Positions 1 through 10,152 of a DNA stretch of 64,000 nt are shown piece by piece. The notes under the pieces are model-generated. The model saw only the letters and a program-made list of their open reading frames with translations. It was not told the DNA's origin and did no database searches. A program made the position numbers and the translations under genes. Each line of letters begins with the position of its first letter. Within the stretch, counting starts at the first letter, position 1. This stretch comes from a virus: the IMG/VR virus record IMGVR_UViG_3300021963_007958; one strand, 5' to 3'.

Positions 1-265
1 AATCATCGCTGACCCAATAGATGATCCAATTACCATAGCTCAATTGAGGAATGTGATTTTCTATCGCATGTTTAAGAAGAGCCTTTAGCTCGTTTTTAAA
101 ATCATTCTTAGTTAAGGTTTCACCAAATGGTTTTTTCTTTAGCCCGGGAATAATCTCGTTACCTGTTCCCGTTCCTAGTCTAAGAACTTTATTTATTTCC
201 AAGATGGAATCCCAGTCTAAACTCTGGAGAACTTTGTCCATCAGCTTTGAATGCTCTTTCTTCAT
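1..265 (-). CDS. hypothetical protein, 3' partial (MKKEHSKLMDKVLQSLDWDSIL...)
   Basis: ATG at 265-263, frame open to window edge; late-type AATATATA motif just upstream (271-278). Confidence 0.7.
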   Translation of the reverse strand, partial: MKKEHSKLMDKVLQSLDWDSILEINKVLRLGTGTGNEIIPGLKKKPFGETLTKNDFKNELKALLKHAIENHIPQLSYGNWIIYWVSDD

Positions 266-281
266 TTTCTTATATATTGAA

Positions 282-710
282 TCAATCTTTCTCGATAGAT
301 TTTAGCTGGATTGAAATCTCTTTAATCCAAGACTCATACTTCTGGGGGTAGAATTTCTTAAGGTCCGAAATCTCCCTTTTGGAAATTTCAAACCTTTTCA
401 AGATGAAAGCTTCTGCATCTTCATAGTCTGAAAAATCTATCTTTTTATCTTCCTTACCTTCTTTCTTCTTAGTCTTCGTAAAGATCCAAGAAGGGGACTT
501 TGAATAATAATTTGACATTGTCCCGTGCCACCAGTCGACCACGGGTGCGGGGGAAATCTTAGTATGGTTAAATTGATTGGCTTGAATTGGCCACTGGATA
601 GACATGATTCTGTTGATCATAAAGAAGTTTCGAACTTTGTCGTTCTTACCTACTTCCTCCCAGTCTTTCTTCTTTTTAAAGATTGTTTTTATGACGTCGA
701 ATAGTTCCAT
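282..710 (-). CDS. putative clamp loader small subunit (T4 gp62-like)
   Basis: MELFD...FMINRIMS...ANQFN resembles gp62 of T4-like phages; gp44 nearby. Confidence 0.6.
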   Translation of the reverse strand: MELFDVIKTIFKKKKDWEEVGKNDKVRNFFMINRIMSIQWPIQANQFNHTKISPAPVVDWWHGTMSNYYSKSPSWIFTKTKKKEGKEDKKIDFSDYEDAEAFILKRFEISKREISDLKKFYPQKYESWIKEISIQLKSIEKD

Positions 711-1846
711 TAAAAGTTAGCAAAAGGATCAAATGCCTTAGGAACCGATTGGGTTGTAGCCCATGAAGTTCCTTCTAATATCTTTACTCTGTCTATAGTG
801 ATACTCTTCCTAGGGATTTCAATTCCACGGGAAACTTCACCATCACAATTAGTGATTACAAACTCCGGCATTACACTTCTGTCGAGCCACATTAGAGTAT
901 AGTTTCTTAAAAGATTCTTTGTCACCTTCTCTCTGTTCTCTTTATTATCTACGTCTTTTAAAATTCTAAGAATAAATCCGGAAACCCAGGATAAGAAGTT
1001 TTGGTCTTGTAGCATGTCAATAAATCTAGAATCTTTCCATTCGGATTGATTAAGAGATTCAAGAATCTGTTCTGCTTTCTTGGGAGAAATCCCATTGAAC
1101 TTTCCATTGGGTGCTTGAACATACCAAACCCCGGGAACTGCATCACCTTTATCTCCAGTTAACATCTTATTGAAGACAAAGTCTCTTCTTCTTACTTCTT
1201 CTACGGTCACTTTCTTTAGGAACTCTTTAATCTTTTCCTTGTCCGGGGAAATTGCAGCTGTCATGTCGAAAATAGAAACAGATTCTGCCTTATTAACCCA
1301 GTTATCTTCCCATCCCGGAGGAACAGCTAAGATGTTATTCTTAGAATTATTGTTCCAGATGATAGTCCATCCTCTGTCATTGTGTCTAGCAAGCTGGTGC
1401 ATATCTTTATCACCGCTGATAATAATACAATTTTCACCAATCGAGTTGAAGTAGTCAGACCAATAGTAGAGAAGATCATCACCTTCTGCACCTTTTACTT
1501 TCGAAAATACAAATCCTTGATTCTCCAGTTGATGACCAAACTCTGTCATTAGATCAAAGAAGATTGTCCAGTCTACGGTTTCGTCTTTTACCCGGTTGGA
1601 CTTATATCCTCCGTCCTCGATTTCAACATCTTTTCTCCACGATCTGCTATCTGAGGTGAAGATCAATCTTCCACCTTGGGGAAGCAATTTGAGTCCAGCA
1701 CACAAGTCCGTAGCAACCTTACGGATGAACATTGCCTGTTCTCCGGGAGTACCGAGAACCTTAGAAGGGTCTTTTGCCCCGAATCCACCGAAGACTCCAA
1801 AGGTCTTATGGAAAATATAGTTTCCGTCTACAAGTATATTAATCAT
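710..1846 (-). CDS. rnh: 5'-3' exonuclease / T4 RNase H (FEN family)
   Basis: LVDGN, YKSNR, EGDD, ISGDKDMHQL, LTGDKGDAVPG motifs. Confidence 0.9.
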   Translation of the reverse strand: MINILVDGNYIFHKTFGVFGGFGAKDPSKVLGTPGEQAMFIRKVATDLCAGLKLLPQGGRLIFTSDSRSWRKDVEIEDGGYKSNRVKDETVDWTIFFDLMTEFGHQLENQGFVFSKVKGAEGDDLLYYWSDYFNSIGENCIIISGDKDMHQLARHNDRGWTIIWNNNSKNNILAVPPGWEDNWVNKAESVSIFDMTAAISPDKEKIKEFLKKVTVEEVRRRDFVFNKMLTGDKGDAVPGVWYVQAPNGKFNGISPKKAEQILESLNQSEWKDSRFIDMLQDQNFLSWVSGFILRILKDVDNKENREKVTKNLLRNYTLMWLDRSVMPEFVITNCDGEVSRGIEIPRKSITIDRVKILEGTSWATTQSVPKAFDPFANF

Positions 1847-2360
1847 TTTTTCTTATATAGAAATATACGTTCCCAATGTCTCCAATATCAGTAAAGTTTG
1901 GATCTTTTATTTCACAATCATAGTCAGTAAAATTTAGGAAATCTGCATAGTCTGCTTCCAGTCTTCTCTTGACATCATCAGCATCCCTTCTTCCTTCTAA
2001 CCTCTTTCTTCTGGTTTCCTCATCTATATTCAGATAAACAATTGTGGACTCTTCTCTGTCTTTCTTACTCAATTTTGCTATCCCGCCCGGGGTCATAATG
2101 AAAAGATTTGACCTGTTAAACTCGTCCATCGAAGTCCCATAAAACCAGTTATTAAAGAAAACCCCTTCATAAAAGTCTTCCGCCATTTCTGTTAATTTAG
2201 AACTTTCTATAAACCAATAATCCTTTCCATTCTCCTCCCCTTCTCTTATTGGCCGGGTGGTATGAGATATACAGTACTTAAATCCCTTTCCTACTAAAAT
2301 TTTTCTTAGATGATCCTTCCCGGATCCTCCCTTTCCTACTATAATTAATCTTTTTTTCAT
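1839..2360 (-). CDS. gmk: guanylate kinase-like protein
   Basis: GKGGSGKD P-loop; SHTTRPIREGEENGKDYWF; WFYGT. Confidence 0.9.
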   Translation of the reverse strand: MKKRLIIVGKGGSGKDHLRKILVGKGFKYCISHTTRPIREGEENGKDYWFIESSKLTEMAEDFYEGVFFNNWFYGTSMDEFNRSNLFIMTPGGIAKLSKKDREESTIVYLNIDEETRRKRLEGRRDADDVKRRLEADYADFLNFTDYDCEIKDPNFTDIGDIGNVYFYIRKND

Positions 2361-2363
2361 TTT

Positions 2364-2708
2364 TTATTTCCAAAAGGTCTGAATTAAAATGATCAGAATG
2401 GATAGACCTATACAAACTCCATTCTTGACCGAAATATCCTCATTTAAAAATACGTGGGTTAAATAGGTAAAGACAAATATCCCCACGGAGAACTGAATTA
2501 GCCTATAAGACCAAGCACTTCCGAAAGACTCCATTCCATATTTTGCTGCAAAAACGAAAGCGAAAGAAACAAAAGATCCAAAGACTAGAACATTAACCCA
2601 AAGATTGTTTCTCATCCATTCGAATCTAGCTTGGGCAAATTGCTGAAACCAAGCTCCTGCTTGTCCTAGGATTATTAAAACAACAGACAGAATAGCTGCC
2701 TTATTCAT
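2364..2708 (-). CDS. small 4-TM membrane protein (DMT/SMR-like)
   Basis: four hydrophobic segments; FLNEDIS..NGVCIGL C-terminal pattern typical of DMT proteins. Confidence 0.55.
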   Translation of the reverse strand: MNKAAILSVVLIILGQAGAWFQQFAQARFEWMRNNLWVNVLVFGSFVSFAFVFAAKYGMESFGSAWSYRLIQFSVGIFVFTYLTHVFLNEDISVKNGVCIGLSILIILIQTFWK

Positions 2709-3042
2709 CGTCTTCTTCCTCTAAAGATTCCTCGACAGTTTCTTCTGGTTGTTCCACCTCTATCTCGCTTTCCAGAAATTCAAACTTCTTCAAAGCTCTC
2801 TCTAGACTAGGGCAAGACCAAGCCCATTTTCCAAAGTCTTCATTAGCAGGAAAAATCTCCCTCTCATTTAATTGGATCCCAAATACAACTTTGGGTTGGT
2901 CGACTTTGATCTTAAAGACCTCATAGGCAGCAACATATCCGTCTTCCGAATCTGTTTGTTTATAGATTAGAGATTTAGTTCCTCTCTTTTCTAAAGTATA
3001 GAAGAAACCTTTTCTTCTGATTGTTTCTGGTAGTAGTTCCAT
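2701..3042 (-). CDS. hypothetical protein
   Basis: ORF coupled to neighbours; acidic tail. Confidence 0.7.
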   Translation of the reverse strand: MELLPETIRRKGFFYTLEKRGTKSLIYKQTDSEDGYVAAYEVFKIKVDQPKVVFGIQLNEREIFPANEDFGKWAWSCPSLERALKKFEFLESEIEVEQPEETVEESLEEEDDE

Positions 3043-3989
3043 TAGTCGACTAGTTTTTGAATTTGAAAAAATAAAGAAAGTAGAGAGACTACTGGGTCAA
3101 TTACTGTAGTTCTCTGAGATTGATGAGAAGCAACCAATACAATAGTGGCAGGGATAATCTTAGCCTTGTCTGGATGATTTTTTACTATCCAGTCGATGAA
3201 CTCTCCTCCTAAAGAAGTCATAACATCATCAACTTTAGTCGAGTATTGACCGACGAGGACCTGATAGTTATTTACAGGATCTTTGGAAGTCATTATCATC
3301 TTGTAAAGATCTTCATAAGACCAGTTTGCTTCCTTAACTTTGGCAAGATCTAGCTGGGTCACCCCTTCGATTGACCACGACTGGATTCTGTTTAAAGCTG
3401 ATCTAAAATCTGGAAAATAAGTCTTTTCAAATGCAGTCAAGGAATCGTCATCAATAGATATCCCAAGCTTTCCTAGAATCAATCTTACTCTGGATCTCCA
3501 TTCTTCCTTGATTAGTTCTTCTTCCTCTGAAGTTGAAGGGTCGAAATTAATGACCTCGAATCTACTTTGGATTGCATCTGGAACCTTATTAATATAATTG
3601 CACGTAGCAACGAATCTCGTGTTGCCTGCAAACTTTTCGATCGTTCCCCTTAGTGCTTTATAGAATTGATCTGAAGCTCCGTCAAACTCGTCTAAAATGA
3701 CTACCTTCTTGGAGGATTTTCCATCTAATACCGAGATATTAGAGCAGAAGTCGTTGATCTTGTTTCTGATCGTATCTACAGAACTTTCGTCGGATACGTT
3801 AATGAACATGTGAGGAAGATCCTTGGCTAGAATCTTAGCGAGAGTTGTTTTTCCGCATCCCGGAGAACCTGCTAGAAGGACGTTTTGATTCAGTCCTTTG
3901 TCTTCAAATAGAACACGGATTCTCGGTGGGAGGATCATGTGTCTTATTTCTTTAGGTCTTAATTTTTCTGTTAATAGATCTTGGATCAT
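3042..3989 (-). CDS. gp44: sliding clamp loader large subunit (T4 gp44 / RFC)
   Basis: EKLRP, GSPGCGKTT Walker A, VILDEFD Walker B, IQSRF, FPDFR. Confidence 0.92.
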   Translation of the reverse strand: MIQDLLTEKLRPKEIRHMILPPRIRVLFEDKGLNQNVLLAGSPGCGKTTLAKILAKDLPHMFINVSDESSVDTIRNKINDFCSNISVLDGKSSKKVVILDEFDGASDQFYKALRGTIEKFAGNTRFVATCNYINKVPDAIQSRFEVINFDPSTSEEEELIKEEWRSRVRLILGKLGISIDDDSLTAFEKTYFPDFRSALNRIQSWSIEGVTQLDLAKVKEANWSYEDLYKMIMTSKDPVNNYQVLVGQYSTKVDDVMTSLGGEFIDWIVKNHPDKAKIIPATIVLVASHQSQRTTVIDPVVSLLSLFFQIQKLVD

Positions 3990-3997
3990 AGATGATG

Positions 3998-4026
3998 ATT
4001 ATAGTGTTCTGGGGGTCGTTAGTTTC
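3998..4026 (-). promoter_or_regulatory. GAAAC(N)-17-TATAAT promoter upstream of gp44
   Basis: GAAACT (4026-21), 17 nt, TATAAT (4003-3998); same architecture at four other sites. Confidence 0.7.
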
Positions 4027-4032
4027 TGATTT

Positions 4033-5373
4033 TTAGAACATCTTAGACATATCATCTGCCTGAGTCTTATCATTTCGAATCTCGATGAAGCGGGGTAAGA
4101 ATAAGCTACGTCCCCCGAATTTATCTGTGATTGGTTCGTTGTATTGAATTGCTGCAATCTTACCAATTAGAGAATCTGCATCTTGACTGAGTTCATGAAG
4201 GTCTTTATCAGTGAATCCAGATCCAATTCTAACCTCCAGAGTTCCACTGGCATCTTTACAGATGAATCCTCCAATGAATCCTTCTCTCTTTCCTTCTCCG
4301 GGAAACCATCCGGTAATCTCCAGGTCGCAGTCTTGAATCTGCTTTAGCTTCACCCAATTTCTGCTCCTTTTACACTCATAGACGTGATCTGCTGGCTTTA
4401 AAATAACTCCTTCCCCTCCCATTGAAACAATCAGTCCGTAGATCTTTTGAGTTTCCTCAATAGAATCTACTACCCATTGACGTGCCAGTTTTACTTTGGA
4501 ATCCTCTTTGAGGAACCCAAGTAGAAACTCGAGTTCTTGTCTTCTCTTGAGGAAAGGAACGTTGCCTTTTCCTATTTTTAATGTCTCCGATTTTTCGATG
4601 TCAAACACATTAAAGAGGAAATCTTTATCTATATCATTTGAAGCGGTGCCTTTTAGGATCTGAGTTACCTTACCAGATACAGATTTTCTATTTAGATCCG
4701 TTAATTCCCCGTCAAAAAAGACCTCGCTAGTTGTGTTAGAGTTGTGTAAAGCCTGAATCAGCTCGGACTCGATTCTAGAAAGTTTAGACTTGTCTAACTC
4801 ATTAAAAGCTCTAGTATAAAACTGAAATCCTTTTTCTCTGTCTCCTACTGCTATTACACGAACTCCATCATACTTTTCCTCGCAGTAGATTTTATCCCAT
4901 CCGGCTACTTCCTTCCGGTCATCAGAAGCTAGCATTACCGACGGATCGGGAATTAATTCTCTCCCTACCGCCTTGTTGATGAGTTTAGCCCCAATTCCAA
5001 TGTTCATTCTCTTTGTCAGAATCTTCATTAGAATTACTCTAAGAGCCATATCCTCAGCTAGATCTTTTTCATGTATGACGGAATTAATAAGAGCATTAGC
5101 TCTAGATCTCAAAGAGTCATTTGCAGCAGGAGCTTTTTTAAGATCCTCCACTAGAGACTTAAAAGTTTCAAACCCTGGAAATTCAGGGACATCTAGATTT
5201 TGAGATAACTCTAGCTTATGAAGTTTAGTTGTAATGAATGGATTAAAGCAGACATCTAAGATGTAAAGCATTTCCTCCGATAAATTCTCGGAAATTAATC
5301 TCTGTTTTTCTTTCTGGGATCCGTTTCCTTCCATGGATTCAACGGACAATAGGACTCTGAGTTCTTGTTTCAT
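4033..5373 (-). CDS. gp30: ATP-dependent DNA ligase (T4 gp30-like)
   Basis: EEKYDGVR motif I, FDGEL, EGVILK, WVKLK, IGSGF, LFLPRF. Confidence 0.95.
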   Translation of the reverse strand: MKQELRVLLSVESMEGNGSQKEKQRLISENLSEEMLYILDVCFNPFITTKLHKLELSQNLDVPEFPGFETFKSLVEDLKKAPAANDSLRSRANALINSVIHEKDLAEDMALRVILMKILTKRMNIGIGAKLINKAVGRELIPDPSVMLASDDRKEVAGWDKIYCEEKYDGVRVIAVGDREKGFQFYTRAFNELDKSKLSRIESELIQALHNSNTTSEVFFDGELTDLNRKSVSGKVTQILKGTASNDIDKDFLFNVFDIEKSETLKIGKGNVPFLKRRQELEFLLGFLKEDSKVKLARQWVVDSIEETQKIYGLIVSMGGEGVILKPADHVYECKRSRNWVKLKQIQDCDLEITGWFPGEGKREGFIGGFICKDASGTLEVRIGSGFTDKDLHELSQDADSLIGKIAAIQYNEPITDKFGGRSLFLPRFIEIRNDKTQADDMSKMF

Positions 5374-5394
5374 GTAGAATGTTTGTTATCTACA

Positions 5395-5404
5395 TAAATA
5401 TACG
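5395..5404 (-). promoter_or_regulatory. CGTATATTTA putative early/host-sigma promoter upstream of ligase
   Basis: also at 55296-55305; variants at 20024-20032 and 1861-1869. Confidence 0.5.
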
Positions 5405-5411
5405 GTCTCGA

Positions 5412-7010
5412 TTATAGAGTGAATGATCCTCCCTCAGCTTCTCCCTCTTTTCCACCTTCTTTTTTAGCTTTTTCTGCTTCTTTTGCTTCGTCTTCTTTAT
5501 AGACTTTATTCTTATCAAATTCGTCTCTAGACAAAGGAAGGAATCTTCTAATCAAGAAATCCTTGTCGAAGTAAGGTTTTTCTTCCTCTCCAACTTTCAT
5601 CTTGATTTCTCCTAGTGAAGTAACAAAGTCGGTTGCTTTAGTTAGGTGAGCCAAATCTAAAAGCTTTGAGAATTGATTTTCGCTATAGTAATCTAAACCG
5701 AGATTCGCCTTGAAGCTTCTGTCTTTAGAAAGCTCGGGAAAGTCTAAACACATCTGAATATAAAGGGGTTTAACTACTATCTCCTGGAAAATAGATCTAA
5801 GTCTAGTTAAGAATTTTTCAAACCTAATTTCATCTCTTTCAAGCTGATCGATTGAGATTTGATAGTTAGCAGGAGTTGCTCCTCTACCTGCAAATCTCGC
5901 ATATGGGATTTTAGAATCTAGTTTTAGCTTGTTATAGAAATAAATTACATTTTCCATTACGTTAAAGTCCGGACCATTTGCGTTTAGAACATCAATTTGT
6001 GGGGACTGTCCATCTTTCTCAGGAAACAGATAATTCTTATAAAACTGTATCTTGGGTGTTCCGTTAACCAGAAGCTCACCCGATGTGTCGTTAATACTAA
6101 CCTCTTCCTTATAAGAAGACATTAACTGACCCAGAGTTTGCATTGCTTTCTGTTGAGATTGGGTTCCAACCGGAATGACAAATTTCAATCTATAAGAAGC
6201 ATTCATTACGTTCCAGATAACTCTGGTGTTCTCCATTACTCTTAAAATGTTGTAAGATCTGATAAGTCGTTCAACGTAGCTAACTCTAGAAATAGAATTT
6301 CCCTTAGCGTAAGAAATGTAGATGATCTGTTCAGACTTTAATTTTCTAGAAAGTTGAGAGTCTTTAGGATATTGAATCCAAATCTGTTCAAAGGATCCGT
6401 CGGGAGCTTTCTCCGTATGGGGTTGGAGTGAAGTTGGATCGAGTTCTTTAAACCCAACTATCTTTTTACCGTCTGTGGAATAAACAATTTCAAAAGCAAG
6501 AAATCCATCGATCAAGAACTGCTTAAAAAGCTGCCAAGCTAAGTTGTTCTGTTGGAATGCATAGAGCATGTAAATAGTTTTAAAGTTCTCGTGAACTTTA
6601 TCTATGATTTTATCCTTCAGATCTATGTTATTTAGAAGTGGCTGGCAGAAGAAGTTTTTATCGTCATAGTTAACTGCCTCGTCTGAGATGGTTTCTAGAA
6701 TGAAATCGATCTCTCCGTTCAGTGCAAACTTTCTTAAAAAGTCCCTTTTACCTAAATAGTCCTTATCGAAATAAGCAATATATTTTCTTATTCTTGTATC
6801 CTGGTATCCAAGAGTCCAATAAAAAGCACTATCGTTGGTGAACCCATTTCCCTCTTCTGAGAACATCTGAGATTCAGTTTGCCCAATAGTCTGAGAATTA
6901 CGAATGACCATGTCTTCGTATTGCATTCCAAATTTACCAATTCTACTCAGATTTTTGTAGAGCTGGGTAATGAATCTATTCTGTGGGTTTGAATCTAAAA
7001 ATCCTGCCAT
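5412..7010 (-). CDS. gp20: portal protein (T4 gp20-like), copy B
   Basis: SYVERLIRSYNILRVMENTRVIW, YFYNKLKLDSKIPYARF, RDEIRFEKFLTRLR gp20 motifs. Confidence 0.9.
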   Translation of the reverse strand: MAGFLDSNPQNRFITQLYKNLSRIGKFGMQYEDMVIRNSQTIGQTESQMFSEEGNGFTNDSAFYWTLGYQDTRIRKYIAYFDKDYLGKRDFLRKFALNGEIDFILETISDEAVNYDDKNFFCQPLLNNIDLKDKIIDKVHENFKTIYMLYAFQQNNLAWQLFKQFLIDGFLAFEIVYSTDGKKIVGFKELDPTSLQPHTEKAPDGSFEQIWIQYPKDSQLSRKLKSEQIIYISYAKGNSISRVSYVERLIRSYNILRVMENTRVIWNVMNASYRLKFVIPVGTQSQQKAMQTLGQLMSSYKEEVSINDTSGELLVNGTPKIQFYKNYLFPEKDGQSPQIDVLNANGPDFNVMENVIYFYNKLKLDSKIPYARFAGRGATPANYQISIDQLERDEIRFEKFLTRLRSIFQEIVVKPLYIQMCLDFPELSKDRSFKANLGLDYYSENQFSKLLDLAHLTKATDFVTSLGEIKMKVGEEEKPYFDKDFLIRRFLPLSRDEFDKNKVYKEDEAKEAEKAKKEGGKEGEAEGGSFTL

Positions 7011-7019
7011 TTATCTTTT

Positions 7020-8639
7020 TTATGCTGGTGGGGCTTCTGCTGCTGCCGGTGCTGCTGCCGGTGCTGCTGCCGGTGCTGCTGGGGTAGCTCCTGCTGCCGG
7101 TGCTGCTCCCTCTTTTTTCTTCTCCTCTGCTTTCTTTCTAGCTTCTGCGTTTGCTCTGATATCGTCGCTAGTAAGACCCAAATAATTTTCAACTAGGTAT
7201 GGAACTGAGAAGAATCCTCCACCCGTGTCGTCGGTTAGAGTCATCAATTTATCAACAGATTCCTTTTTCTTTAGGATAATCTCCATTTCCTGATTTCTCT
7301 TAAATGGGTTATCCGAGACGTAATCAAGACCAAGTTGACTTTTAAACATGTAATCTTTCTCCAGTTCCGGGAAATCTTTACACATTTGAATCCACAGAGG
7401 CTTAATTAAAATGTCCTGAAAAGCAGTTCTAAGTCTATTGATAAACTTAGCAAATCTAATTTCCTGTTTGTCTAAACCCTCCGCTGCATTTGCATACTTT
7501 CCCATCGATCCCCCATCTGGACCATTAAATCTAGAATTAGGAACTTTAGATTCGTTAATCAGTTTGTCAAAAAAGTATGCTAAGGGTGCAGGGTCATTAA
7601 GGTTCGGCCCTACATTATTTAGAGGTTCAATAGTGGGGGTTCCGTTCACACCGGAAGGCATTAAGTAGTTTTTAAAGAACTGAATCTTCGGTGCTCCATT
7701 TACAAATAATTCTCCACTTTGATCGTTTAGGGAGATATCTTCTTTATAGATACTCATCAACTCTCCTAACGTCTGCATTCCTTTTTGTTGAGATCTAGTT
7801 CCGATTGGAACTGTCATCTTCATTCTGAAAGAAGCATTCATTACAGACCAAATAACCCTTGTGTATTCTATAATTCTAAGGATGTTATAAGGTCTAATAA
7901 GTCTTTCGGTGTAGCTGACTCTCGAAACTGTATTCCCCTTTGCATAAGAAATGTAGATAATCTGGGAGTCATATAGCATTCTTTTTCTCCTTGGATCTTT
8001 GAAATATTGCCACCAAACGTTCAGATAGCTTCCGTCATTTTGTTTTTCGACAGAAGGCATCAAAGTCATAGCATCGATCTCTTTGAATCCGATGATGTTT
8101 TTTCCTTTGTCGTCGTAGATAATTTCAAATGCAACATATCCGTCTACCAGGAATTGTCTGAAATACTGCCAAGCACTAATGTCGTCAGTGAATCCAAACA
8201 TGTCATACAATTTCTTGTAATTTTCGTTGATCTTATCGATGACTTTTTCCTTCAGTCCAGTTAGATTTAAGAAAGCAGGATATGCAAAAAAGTTATGAGA
8301 ATCGTATGTGATTGACTCGTCATTAACTACATCCAGGATGAATTCAATCTCAGGGTTTAGTGAAAATTTTCTAAGATAATCCCTTTTACCTTTGTAGTCC
8401 TTGTCAAAATAAGAAACATACTGTCTCGACGTGGTATCTTGTCTAGCCAGAGCATAGAGCATCGTCTCGTCCTCAATCATTCCTTTTTTGAGGAATGCTG
8501 CTTCGGTTTGACCGATGGCTTGAGAATTTTTAACCACCATGTCTCCATAGTTTAACCCAAAGTTACTTAGATTCTTTACTGAATCTCTAATTCTTTGGAA
8601 GATAGGACTACCTTGTGGATTTTCTAAAAAACCTGCCAT
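7020..8639 (-). CDS. gp20: portal protein (T4 gp20-like), copy A
   Basis: PEIEFILD, SYTERLIRPYNILRIIE, SKVPNSRF, EIRFAKFINRLR; full-length paralog of adjacent gene. Confidence 0.9.
   Translation of the reverse strand: MAGFLENPQGSPIFQRIRDSVKNLSNFGLNYGDMVVKNSQAIGQTEAAFLKKGMIEDETMLYALARQDTTSRQYVSYFDKDYKGKRDYLRKFSLNPEIEFILDVVNDESITYDSHNFFAYPAFLNLTGLKEKVIDKINENYKKLYDMFGFTDDISAWQYFRQFLVDGYVAFEIIYDDKGKNIIGFKEIDAMTLMPSVEKQNDGSYLNVWWQYFKDPRRKRMLYDSQIIYISYAKGNTVSRVSYTERLIRPYNILRIIEYTRVIWSVMNASFRMKMTVPIGTRSQQKGMQTLGELMSIYKEDISLNDQSGELFVNGAPKIQFFKNYLMPSGVNGTPTIEPLNNVGPNLNDPAPLAYFFDKLINESKVPNSRFNGPDGGSMGKYANAAEGLDKQEIRFAKFINRLRTAFQDILIKPLWIQMCKDFPELEKDYMFKSQLGLDYVSDNPFKRNQEMEIILKKKESVDKLMTLTDDTGGGFFSVPYLVENYLGLTSDDIRANAEARKKAEEKKKEGAAPAAGATPAAPAAAPAAAPAAAEAPPA
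7039..7101. repeat. 12-bp tandem repeat GCTGCTGCCGGT x3 plus a separated partial copy (Ala/Pro tail of portal A)
   Basis: exact copies at 7039, 7051, 7063; further CTGCTGCCGGT at 7091. Confidence 0.9.
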
Positions 8640-8672
8640 TTAATGCTTTTTGTCTTTAAGTTATAGATCTTT

Positions 8673-9281
8673 TTATTGAATTAATTTCGACCTATAGTTA
8701 GTATATATCTCGTTAATAGATAACCCCTGGATCGAAGAATATTTTAGAAAGGGTAATTTTGACCAATCAGAATAGGATACCCACTTAATGTCTTTCATAA
8801 ATCTATATTTAAATCCGGTAAAAGATGTATTATATCCAGTTCCTTTAAATAATGGAGGGATACTTCTAGATTCTACCCTAATAACACTGGGAGATCCTCC
8901 CTTCTCAACTTTTTTAGTCCCCTCTTCTACTAGAGGTTTAAATTGATCATAGAACTTCTGGATTATCTCTAATCTTTGCTCCGGAGGGGTCACAGTTAAA
9001 TCAATTGACTTGATAACTATGTTTTCCCCTACCTTCTCTGAGGATAGGTAAAGGATAAGGGGGTTCCTATCTATAAACTGGACCTTTTCGCTAAGCTCGG
9101 TGTTCGTGTCATAGGTAAAGAAATAAATATTTCCGGGGATCAAAGTTCCGTCAAATTTATACTCCGCACCTGGACCATTAACTCCATACTTCTCCAAAAA
9201 ATATAAATCGGTATTTGTTGAAAGAGCAGAAACTGAGGGAGCAGATTTTCTGTATTCTATAACTTGTTCTCTGAAATCCAT
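8673..9281 (-). CDS. DNA end protector protein (T4 gp2-like)
   Basis: PGNIYFFTYD...FIDRNPLILY...IDLTVTPP pattern; adjacent to gp4 as in T4-like phages. Confidence 0.6.
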   Translation of the reverse strand: MDFREQVIEYRKSAPSVSALSTNTDLYFLEKYGVNGPGAEYKFDGTLIPGNIYFFTYDTNTELSEKVQFIDRNPLILYLSSEKVGENIVIKSIDLTVTPPEQRLEIIQKFYDQFKPLVEEGTKKVEKGGSPSVIRVESRSIPPLFKGTGYNTSFTGFKYRFMKDIKWVSYSDWSKLPFLKYSSIQGLSINEIYTNYRSKLIQ

Positions 9282-9285
9282 TTAT

Positions 9286-9768
9286 TTATGGGCTTTTAAA
9301 TAGGAAATTCTCGTCTATAACTCCAAAATTATAGTCTCTTTTTAAAGCCCATTCCTTTGCCGCCTTAAATTTAGCCTGGTTGGTAATCCAAATTTGCATC
9401 TTTTGATTATATGCTTTTAATTTCGCAAGGGTTTCCGGCGGGGTTATCACAGGTTTTTTATATTGAGATTCGGGTTTAATCTCTACGATCCATTCGGCTT
9501 CAGTACCATCATCTTTTAGAACCCTCATGTAAAAATCCACATTATAGGTGTGTTCTTTTTTATCAAGGGGATTATAATAGGGAATTTGGAGAGGCTCTGA
9601 AGACCACTTTAGAATCTTCTCGTTGGTGTCACAATATTTACAAAATCTAAATTCCCAGGAGGATCTAAAGATAATGTTGTGTGGATCTCCAATATATTTG
9701 TCAGGATAAAGAGGTTCGTAAAGGCCTGACTTGTATAATCCATTTGGCTTTACTTTCTTAATCGACAT
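9286..9768 (-). CDS. gp4: head completion nuclease (T4 gp4 / TnsA-N fold)
   Basis: KYIGD..IIFRSSWE..FC..CD..WSSE..IPY..HTYNVDF..VEIKP..NQAKF.AA. Confidence 0.9.
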   Translation of the reverse strand: MSIKKVKPNGLYKSGLYEPLYPDKYIGDPHNIIFRSSWEFRFCKYCDTNEKILKWSSEPLQIPYYNPLDKKEHTYNVDFYMRVLKDDGTEAEWIVEIKPESQYKKPVITPPETLAKLKAYNQKMQIWITNQAKFKAAKEWALKRDYNFGVIDENFLFKSP

Positions 9769-9771
9769 AAT

Positions 9772-10128
9772 TTAAACGTTGTATGAATTTTCTTCTCCTG
9801 TGATATGAGAAAAAGGAATGGTTTTAGGAGCTTTTGGGGGATGTATTTTCTTCCATCCTTTTGCAAATCCATTCTTAGCAATCTGTGTATAGTATGCAAA
9901 TGGATTATTTGATTTAGCAGGATCAAATCTGTTCCAGTATTTGCAGAGATCCTCCATAGCAAAAGCCATACAGTCCTCCTTGTCTTCTGGGTCTTTATAA
10001 GCCATCTTTTTAGAGATACCATTGATCATAAGATAAAACATTCTTATGGTTTCGGGAGTCAAAGCTCCCTTTTCTTTGGACTCTAAAATCGCCTTCATCA
10101 ATTCTGAGTTTTTAACGTAGTCTGCCAT
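9772..10128 (-). CDS. gp55: late transcription sigma factor (T4 gp55-like, compact)
   Basis: YVKNSEL, FDPAKSNNPFAYYTQIAKNGF gp55 signature. Confidence 0.88.
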   Translation of the reverse strand: MADYVKNSELMKAILESKEKGALTPETIRMFYLMINGISKKMAYKDPEDKEDCMAFAMEDLCKYWNRFDPAKSNNPFAYYTQIAKNGFAKGWKKIHPPKAPKTIPFSHITGEENSYNV

Positions 10129-10152
10129 CTTTAATATTTTAGTGTAAAAAAT

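Noticed and set aside
7039-7101. regulatory repeat or CRISPR-like array
   Set aside because: in-frame 12-bp repeat without spacers encoding an Ala/Pro tail
9286-9768. Tn7 TnsA transposase
   Set aside because: same fold, but context (gp2, portal) indicates T4 gp4; no transposon genes or ends
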